The notes beneath the pieces are model-generated. The model searched no databases. It saw only the letters and a program-made list of their open reading frames with translations, and was not told the DNA's origin. Both the position numbers and the translations under genes were made by a program. Below are positions 57,985-64,000 of a stretch of 64,000 nt of DNA, piece after piece. Origin of the DNA: a bacterium (GTDB taxonomy: Bacteria; Chloroflexota; Dormibacteria; Aeolococcales; Aeolococcaceae). The stretch lies in the NCBI GenBank assembly GCA_021803465.1, contig JAJZLL010000049.1, positions 33,675-97,674 of the forward strand, written 5' to 3'. Each line of letters begins with the position of its first letter. The first letter of the stretch is position 1.

Positions 57985-59024
57985 TGCGGCCCGTCTACCC
58001 TGAGGAGCGGAACACCTGGGATGACCTCGTCTCCAGGAATGGCGATGGGGGCAACATGCTCCAGGGAGCATGCTGGGCTGCCTTCAAGGAGAAATGGGGC
58101 TGGAAAGCGGAACGCTTCATTGATGATCCGACTGCAACTGCTGTACTCGTGCTCACCCGCAACATTCCCATCATGGGAAGGATTGCCTACATTCCAAAGG
58201 GTCCAGGTTGCGCACTGCCAGGTGAGCTGGGAAGGATGGTGCGGGAACTCATGCCGCTTCTTCCCCACTGCGTTGCTGTCCAGGTGGAGCCGGAGTGGGA
58301 TGCGACAGATGTGATGCGCAAAGCGCTTGAGCGGGAAGGCTTCATCAAGAGCGCAGTTGACGTTCAGCTCACCCATGCGACGATGGTTGTTGAGCTGTCC
58401 GGATCCATGGAGGACATTCGTGCCCGGTATCGGCCCAAGGGCCGGTACAACCTTGGTGTCGCGAAGCGCCACGGAGTGCATGTTGCAGTGACAGCCACTC
58501 CAACGCAGCAGGAACTGGATGCCCTTGATGAGCTTGTGGACATCACCAATGACCGTGCGCAGTACACAGTCCGGCGGGCAGGGTATCTTCAGTCCTCCTG
58601 GCAGGAGTTTCTCGCTGCCAGTAAGGGTTTCCTTGCGCTTGCGTACTTCAACGATGAGCCAGTTGCTGGCGCATTTGTCACCATCCTTGGGAACAAGGCG
58701 TGGTACAAGGATGGGGGTTCAAGCAGAAACCATCGGGAGGTGATGGCACCGTATCTACTCCACGACACCATCATTGAGCAGCTGCTGACAATGGGCATCA
58801 CGTCATATGACCTTGGGTCAGTTCCCCCTCCCGATGAGGTTAATGAGCACCACGCGCTGTACGGGCTCTACCGGTTCAAGAAGGCGTTTGGCGCCCGGCA
58901 TGACACCTATGTCGGCACCTGGGATTTTCCTGTGAAGCGGCAGCGATACCTTCTCTGGAGGCAGTTCATCCAGAAACTCGTGTCCCGCCTGTACGTCTCG
59001 ATACGGCACATGTCCTGGTACTAG
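57984..59024 (+). CDS. FemAB/FemX-family peptidoglycan branch aminoacyl-transferase (paralogue 2)
   Basis: Same family features. ATG overlaps the TGA of paralogue 1 (TGATG). Confidence 0.7.
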   Translation: MRPVYPEERNTWDDLVSRNGDGGNMLQGACWAAFKEKWGWKAERFIDDPTATAVLVLTRNIPIMGRIAYIPKGPGCALPGELGRMVRELMPLLPHCVAVQVEPEWDATDVMRKALEREGFIKSAVDVQLTHATMVVELSGSMEDIRARYRPKGRYNLGVAKRHGVHVAVTATPTQQELDALDELVDITNDRAQYTVRRAGYLQSSWQEFLAASKGFLALAYFNDEPVAGAFVTILGNKAWYKDGGSSRNHREVMAPYLLHDTIIEQLLTMGITSYDLGSVPPPDEVNEHHALYGLYRFKKAFGARHDTYVGTWDFPVKRQRYLLWRQFIQKLVSRLYVSIRHMSWY

Positions 59025-59095
59025 CAGTGTCATGGGAAACCTGCTGATCCCAACAGGGATATCGAGTCACAAGGGATTGTCGATGGGAGTGTGCG

Positions 59096-59608
59096 ATGCC
59101 AAGTCAGAATCGTGATGGGAGGAATGCAGTGCATAAGCATTCTCCTGACAGCCAGGAGGAGCAGGTGATCCGGACAATCCTTCTCTCGCTCTCCGTCGCA
59201 TGGGGAGCGCTCGCAGTGCTCGGTTTTCTCCTCGATGGACTGTGGGTGCTTCTTGGCAGGATACGCATTGTCGAGTCGGGATATGCGGCACTCTGCATCA
59301 GCGGGCTTGCAGTACTGGGAGCAACATGTGGCCGTGCTGCGGAACAGCCAAACCGGACACACTCTCACTGGATCAGGTGGCTGTCCGAGCCCCTGTTCGG
59401 CCTCATTGCCATGATGGTGTATGCCGTGAGTGTCACAGCACTCGCATTTGTCTTCTCCATGCTGGGGCTGACCCGGGCTTGGGTGGATCTGCAGCCACTT
59501 CTTCTGCTCATCTTTCCGGTGTACCTTGTCATGTCGATCATGGGCCGGTGGGCACGGAATCACCTCGCTGCGTGGAGAAGCGGAACTGAATGGGTCCAAA
59601 AGGAGTGA
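59096..59608 (+). CDS. Hypothetical 4-TM membrane protein
   Basis: Hydrophobic segments read from the ORF, no motif recognised. Confidence 0.45.
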   Translation: MPSQNRDGRNAVHKHSPDSQEEQVIRTILLSLSVAWGALAVLGFLLDGLWVLLGRIRIVESGYAALCISGLAVLGATCGRAAEQPNRTHSHWIRWLSEPLFGLIAMMVYAVSVTALAFVFSMLGLTRAWVDLQPLLLLIFPVYLVMSIMGRWARNHLAAWRSGTEWVQKE

Positions 59609-60870
59609 ATGTGGGTAATCGCGCATGGATTTCAATCACAGCGTTCTTGCTCTGTGGTGCCCTTGCTTCATGTGGCTCCACTGCCGAGACTGCACGTGGA
59701 GGCCCCGCAACGACTGTCAGCATTGCAGGCACATGGCAGGTTCACAGAGTGGGAGAACCCTTCTCGCAATCCGTTGCGGGCATCAGCTGCGTGAATCAGA
59801 ACCTCTGCTACGCAATCACAAGTTCAACGGCCAACCTTTCGATGAGAACTCCTGGGCTCGCAACAATCACTGCGTCTGGAATGCGCACCACGCCATTGAC
59901 TCATTGGGTCTACGGATCCATCGCATGCACATCGAACGGCGCGTGCTGGCTTCCCTACCTCGATGGGATATATCGGCTGCACCGTTCGAAGCTTGCATCG
60001 GTGCAATACAGCAATTTCACTGGGCCAGTGGGATCGTGCGTCGACCCCTCGAAGTTCTGCCTCAGCATCATAACCTGCCATTCGGACACGGAGTGCCTGG
60101 GCGTCGATTGGTCACAGTTCGCAACAATTGGCAATGCGGTAGCCCCTTCACCCAAGGTTGCGATGTACAACGGTGCCATCTGGAAGGTCGTTTCCCTTCC
60201 CGGGGTGCCAATTGACACATCGAAATGCGTGTATGAGTGCCAGATCAATCCAAGCCAGCCTGTCTGCTTCTCGCAAACGGACTGTTCAATTGAGGGAACG
60301 TACTGGCTGGAAGCTGACCATCTACCAGTGCCATATACCGTAACGTACTCCTGGAATGGTGCAGCGTGGAGCGCCAGCGGGAGCACAGCACATGTGGCTG
60401 TTGCTGGTCGGTACTGCTACGACAGTTCCCTGTGCTGGATCTGGGGGCAAGACAGCGCATCTTCCCACGGACCGTTTCTTGGTGCTGAGGCACTGTATGG
60501 CGGCAAAAGCCATTCCCTTCGCTTCCCTTTTTCGACCAACTCAGCGGTCCCATATGGATGCCTATCCATTGTGGAATGTGGCGTGAGTGCCATTTCGTGC
60601 GTTTCCCAGGCGACATGCTGGATTGCTGGACTCACTCTTGGGAATGAGCCATTTCTCCTGAGATGGAACCAAACAGGCAGCTCAGCACCAAGCGTGCAGA
60701 AGATTGACGTGAACCTGCCCGGAAGGGTGAGCTCAATAGTCTGTCCTTCGAGCACATATTGTGTCGCCATCGGAGGAGAACTGACAGCAAACACGTGTTC
60801 TGGATACGAATGCGCACCCAAACCGGTGGACCATCCGTTCTACGCAGTCTTCAGGAGTGCTGGCTCATGA
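59590..60870 (+). CDS. Lipoprotein with divergent Cys-pair repeats (S/I-x-C-x3-4-C-x-A)
   Basis: Lipobox LLCGALASCGS. Recurrent ISCVNQNLCYAI, IACTSNGACWLPY, SCVDPSKFCLSI, ISCVSQATCWIAG, IVCPSSTYCVAIGG. Confidence 0.6.
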   Translation: MGPKGVNVGNRAWISITAFLLCGALASCGSTAETARGGPATTVSIAGTWQVHRVGEPFSQSVAGISCVNQNLCYAITSSTANLSMRTPGLATITASGMRTTPLTHWVYGSIACTSNGACWLPYLDGIYRLHRSKLASVQYSNFTGPVGSCVDPSKFCLSIITCHSDTECLGVDWSQFATIGNAVAPSPKVAMYNGAIWKVVSLPGVPIDTSKCVYECQINPSQPVCFSQTDCSIEGTYWLEADHLPVPYTVTYSWNGAAWSASGSTAHVAVAGRYCYDSSLCWIWGQDSASSHGPFLGAEALYGGKSHSLRFPFSTNSAVPYGCLSIVECGVSAISCVSQATCWIAGLTLGNEPFLLRWNQTGSSAPSVQKIDVNLPGRVSSIVCPSSTYCVAIGGELTANTCSGYECAPKPVDHPFYAVFRSAGS

Positions 60871-61017
60871 AAACCCTGATGGTTCGTCGAGGCTGGGAGT
60901 GAGGAGCAGCACTGACATTTCGCTGTGTGCAAATCCCCAGGCAACAGAAGGCGTGGCAGTGTCACAAAATATCCGCATGCACTAGTTCTTCCGGAATGGA
61001 CTGCTAAAATTCAGAAC

Positions 61018-62058
61018 ATGAATCCACTGCATATGCTCATGCCGTTTCGGCAGTCTTCGAATATCCGAAATCGTGGGATCAGTGGAGCAGTGATGCTTGC
61101 AGTCATATGCATCACGGCAGCATGTGGTCAGGCTCCCCATTCTTCAGTCAGTTCCCCTCAGCCGACATCTCATCCAGTCAAGACAACGAGCACAGAACGG
61201 CCATCACCAACAGTCCCTCCTGCACAGGTCAGTCCCATAGGCTGGAATGAACCGCGCCTCGTTTCAGGGGGAAACTTCAGTTCCATTTCTTGCCCAACAA
61301 CGGCCTTCTGTGTTGCAGTGGACAACTTGCAGACCAATAACATCTACACCTACCATGCGGGAAAGTGGTCGACAGCAACGTCCCGCACAGGTCTGGAATC
61401 AGTCTCCTGCGTGAGCAGCACATTCTGTGTCGCAGTGGGCAACGTCTATGCGCTCGTCTACAACGGCTCGAGCTGGTCAGCACCTGTGACAGACAGCCCA
61501 AGTTTTCTCACCTCGGTCTCCTGCATCAGCAGCACATTCTGCGCAGCATCGGAATACCACGGGAATGTTGAAGTCTACAATGGCAGTTCCTGGAAAGAGT
61601 CATATGTTCCAGGCTCGAGTGGTCTTGCATCAATCTCCTGCACATCGCCAACGTTCTGTGTTGCGGTTGGCGGAGGGAGCGTGGTGATGTTCAACGGAAG
61701 TTCCTGGAGCTCTCCAGTGTCAGTAGATCCAGGAACACAGCTTTCGTCCGTATCCTGCACAAGCAGCCAATTTTGCATGGCGGTTGGAGGGACAAGTGCT
61801 GTGCCCTTCAATGGAAAGAAATGGATGGCACCAGAACCAGTCGGCAATTATGGACTTGCAGCAGTTTCATGCTCAGGAAAGACTTTTTGCATCGCGTCTG
61901 GTGGCAATGGTGATGCATTCACCTACAACGGCTCGGGCTGGTCAGACCCTTCGCAGATGGATTCCACCTACAATGTTGTCTCGCTCTCGTGTCCGGAACT
62001 GTACAGCTGCGCTGCAGCGGACGATGTGGGGCGTATCACATTCTCCTCGGGCTGGTGA
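61018..62058 (+). CDS. Lipoprotein composed of seven ~38-aa repeats (L-x-S-V-S-C-x-S-x-x-F-C-x-A-V-G ... Y-N-G-S-S-W-S)
   Basis: Lipobox VICITAACGQ. Seven evenly spaced SVSCxSSTFCVAVG / YNGSSWS units read directly from the ORF. Confidence 0.65.
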   Translation: MNPLHMLMPFRQSSNIRNRGISGAVMLAVICITAACGQAPHSSVSSPQPTSHPVKTTSTERPSPTVPPAQVSPIGWNEPRLVSGGNFSSISCPTTAFCVAVDNLQTNNIYTYHAGKWSTATSRTGLESVSCVSSTFCVAVGNVYALVYNGSSWSAPVTDSPSFLTSVSCISSTFCAASEYHGNVEVYNGSSWKESYVPGSSGLASISCTSPTFCVAVGGGSVVMFNGSSWSSPVSVDPGTQLSSVSCTSSQFCMAVGGTSAVPFNGKKWMAPEPVGNYGLAAVSCSGKTFCIASGGNGDAFTYNGSGWSDPSQMDSTYNVVSLSCPELYSCAAADDVGRITFSSGW

Positions 62059-62130
62059 CCACTGGTAGCGGGATCTTCCCAGGGATGCGCCAAGCAGCAG
62101 GGCTGGGACAGGAAGTGGAGCAGCCCCACC

Positions 62131-63486
62131 CTATCGCCAGATGCGGCGCATGATGACCTTCGCAAGCTTGTCCGGATCGTGGTGGGAGGGGGTGTCCTTT
62201 GAGACGACATCCGCAAGCACGTAGTGGATGGGACGCTGCATCGCCTGGTCCTTGTCAAACAGCACCCGGGTGATGCCAGCATCGACAGCGGCCTCAGGAA
62301 GCGGGTACGAGAGGTTGCTGTTCACGATGACATAGTCGAAGAGTCCCTCACCGACATGCTGTTCGATGACATCAAGGTGTTTGCTGACCGAGTATCCAAG
62401 CGTTTCTCCCGGCTGGGAAGCGACATTGCAGATGTAGACCTTGAGTGCTGGAGTGGAGCGGAGGGTCATTGCCATGCCATCGACAAGCAGGTTCGGAAGG
62501 ATCGAGGTGTACAGCGATCCCGGACCAATGAGCACAATGTCCGCATCAAGGAGTGCCTGCTGTGCTTCAGGATTGATGGGCGGGTCTGGCGGATCGAGAA
62601 ACACCCTGTCTATCTCGCCAAGGCCATGGGGAACGCTCGACTCTCCAATGCGGATCTCCCGGCCAGCCTCAGCGCAGAGAAGGATGTCCTGGAGGGTGCT
62701 CGGGACGATCTGGCCACGCACAGCAAGGACCCTTCCTGACTCCCGGAGCGCATGTTCGAAGTCACCAGTGATCTCCGTCATTGCAGTGATGAAGAGGTTG
62801 CCAAACGAATGACCACCGAGATCTCCAGTACCGCTGAACCGGTGCTGGAAGAGCTGGGTCATGAGGGGTTCCGTTTCTGCAAGCGCAGTGAGACACTGGC
62901 GGAAGTCGCCTGGTGGAAGAATGCGGTACTGGGAGCGGATTCTGCCACTCGATCCACCATCGTCTGCGACTGTCACAATGGCAACGATGTTTCCCGTGTA
63001 CTTCTTGATGCCACGGAGCAGGGAGCTCAGGCCCGTGCCACCACCGATCGTGACGACCCGAGGTCCCTTCGAGAGCATCCTGTACGAGTAGAGCCGGTCA
63101 ATGATGCCTGCGGCATCACCACCGCGTGCTTCGATGAGCGGACCGAGGATGGACTGCCCAAGCTTGTAGAAGCTGAGAAGCAGCAGGCCCACGCCTAGCA
63201 CTGCAAAGAGCGATGCGCGAACAAGACGTGGAAGGAACTGGAGCGTGAGGGTCTGCACCCAGACTGGGAAGCGGATCGTGCTGTAGGCATCCCTCAGGGC
63301 ATACTCTGCCCCAAGGCTCAGCATGAGGATGCTGAAGAAAAGCAGGAGAAGCCAGCGCTTGACATGGATCCCTGGAAGGAACCACGCTGCGATGGCATGT
63401 CGACGTCGACCTTGTCGTACACTCATCACGATGGAATGCATTGTCCCACAAATGCAAAATGTCCGTAGTAGCGGCATGCGAAGCAA
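62131..63486 (-). CDS. YvcK/CofD-like (UPF0052, gluconeogenesis factor family) protein with N-terminal two-TM extension
   Basis: VVTIGGGTGLSSLLRGIKKYTGNIVAIVTVADDGGSSGRIR core, preceded by ~120 aa containing hydrophobic helices. Confidence 0.75.
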   Translation of the reverse strand: MLRMPLLRTFCICGTMHSIVMSVRQGRRRHAIAAWFLPGIHVKRWLLLLFFSILMLSLGAEYALRDAYSTIRFPVWVQTLTLQFLPRLVRASLFAVLGVGLLLLSFYKLGQSILGPLIEARGGDAAGIIDRLYSYRMLSKGPRVVTIGGGTGLSSLLRGIKKYTGNIVAIVTVADDGGSSGRIRSQYRILPPGDFRQCLTALAETEPLMTQLFQHRFSGTGDLGGHSFGNLFITAMTEITGDFEHALRESGRVLAVRGQIVPSTLQDILLCAEAGREIRIGESSVPHGLGEIDRVFLDPPDPPINPEAQQALLDADIVLIGPGSLYTSILPNLLVDGMAMTLRSTPALKVYICNVASQPGETLGYSVSKHLDVIEQHVGEGLFDYVIVNSNLSYPLPEAAVDAGITRVLFDKDQAMQRPIHYVLADVVSKDTPSHHDPDKLAKVIMRRIWR

Positions 63487-63498
63487 AGGGGAACTGAA

Positions 63499-64000
63499 GT
63501 GACTGCGCAGGACCAGGGCGAACGAGCTTCCCTCCTCACCGAGGCACGGGAGGTCGCAGCAACAGCGATGGAGATGATTCGCCTTGCAGGTGCGGAACCC
63601 CAGTCATGGGAGCACGTTGCGACAAAGTCGCTTGGCGACTATGTCACGGAGCACGATGTCGCAGTGGAAACGCGCATCCGGGAGGAGTTTGCGAAGCGGA
63701 CCCCGCACATCCCGCTTCTTGGGGAAGAGTCCGGAGGAGGCAGCCATGACCGCATGTGGGTGGTGGATCCCATTGATGGCACGACGAACTTTGCGAGGAG
63801 ATATCCCATTGTCGGTGTGAGCATTGCGCTTGTCGAGGAGATGGTGCCAACAGTTGGTGTTGTGGGAGCTCCGTTTCTTGGGCACATGTGGACCGGCATC
63901 CTGGGTGAAGGAGCCCACGATGATGCTGGTCATGCGCTCAATGTCCGCGGAGAGGGGGAAGGCATCGTTGCAGCACTCGGCTTTCCCTTCCGGAAGCGTG
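63499..64000 (+). CDS. Inositol monophosphatase-family protein (5' part; continues past window end)
   Basis: Manual translation from GTG 63499 gives ...WVVDPIDGTTNFARRYPIVGVSIALVEE (WxxDPIDGT IMPase motif). Not in the ORF track because there is no stop before the window end. Confidence 0.7.
   Translation, partial: MTAQDQGERASLLTEAREVAATAMEMIRLAGAEPQSWEHVATKSLGDYVTEHDVAVETRIREEFAKRTPHIPLLGEESGGGSHDRMWVVDPIDGTTNFARRYPIVGVSIALVEEMVPTVGVVGAPFLGHMWTGILGEGAHDDAGHALNVRGEGEGIVAALGFPFRKR

Noticed and set aside
1-64000. Searched for tRNA/rRNA genes, CRISPR repeats, IS/transposase or integrase genes, and prophage blocks
   Set aside because: No regularly spaced short repeats, no T-psi-C-like GGTTCGAATCC tRNA motifs outside coding frames, and no transposase/integrase/recombinase-like ORFs were recognised.

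Overview
This 64-kb window is dense, high-GC (about 60%) chromosomal DNA spanning the replication-origin neighbourhood of an actinobacterium-like genome. The hallmark origin genes are present: two perfect parS sites, parA-parB, a jag-yidC-yidD-rnpA-rpmH block on the minus strand, and dnaA followed by an AT-rich DnaA-box region (oriC) and dnaN. The recF-DUF721 pair is inverted relative to dnaA-dnaN. Housekeeping loci include folD (partial), a D-Ala-D-Ala carboxypeptidase, glpX, a complete Rrf2-sufCBD-Rieske-sufSUT Fe-S assembly operon, sodA, lepB, ndk, an M16 peptidase, an Opp oligopeptide ABC system, an ABC-2 exporter, a CDF transporter, HU, two FemX-like transferases, a YvcK-family protein and a partial inositol monophosphatase. 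The most unusual feature is a translationally coupled two-gene module wedged between rpmH and dnaA. It consists of a protein with two recently duplicated MoxR/AAA_5-type ATPase modules, followed (AGGAGG RBS, 7-nt spacer) by a protein with an HExxH-containing N-domain, a ~200-aa acidic S/G/Q/E-rich disordered linker and a C-terminal vWA/MIDAS domain. This resembles the poorly characterised MoxR-vWA class of NTP-dependent systems and sits in a normally gene-free origin-proximal spacer. Other points of interest: a soluble MgtE N-domain+CBS protein adjacent to an NRAMP homologue whose metal-site motifs are of the NRMT (Mg2+) type; a lone ArdC-like antirestriction/zincin gene; two DUF4388 proteins divergent from an SF1 (Upf1/DNA2-like) helicase coupled to a glutaredoxin-like+PDZ protein; and a pair of lipoproteins built from an unfamiliar ~38-aa Cys-containing repeat. 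No rRNA, tRNA, CRISPR array, IS element or prophage was recognised. Coordinates for short motifs may be off by 1-2 nt. All family assignments are from motifs read by eye, with no database search.
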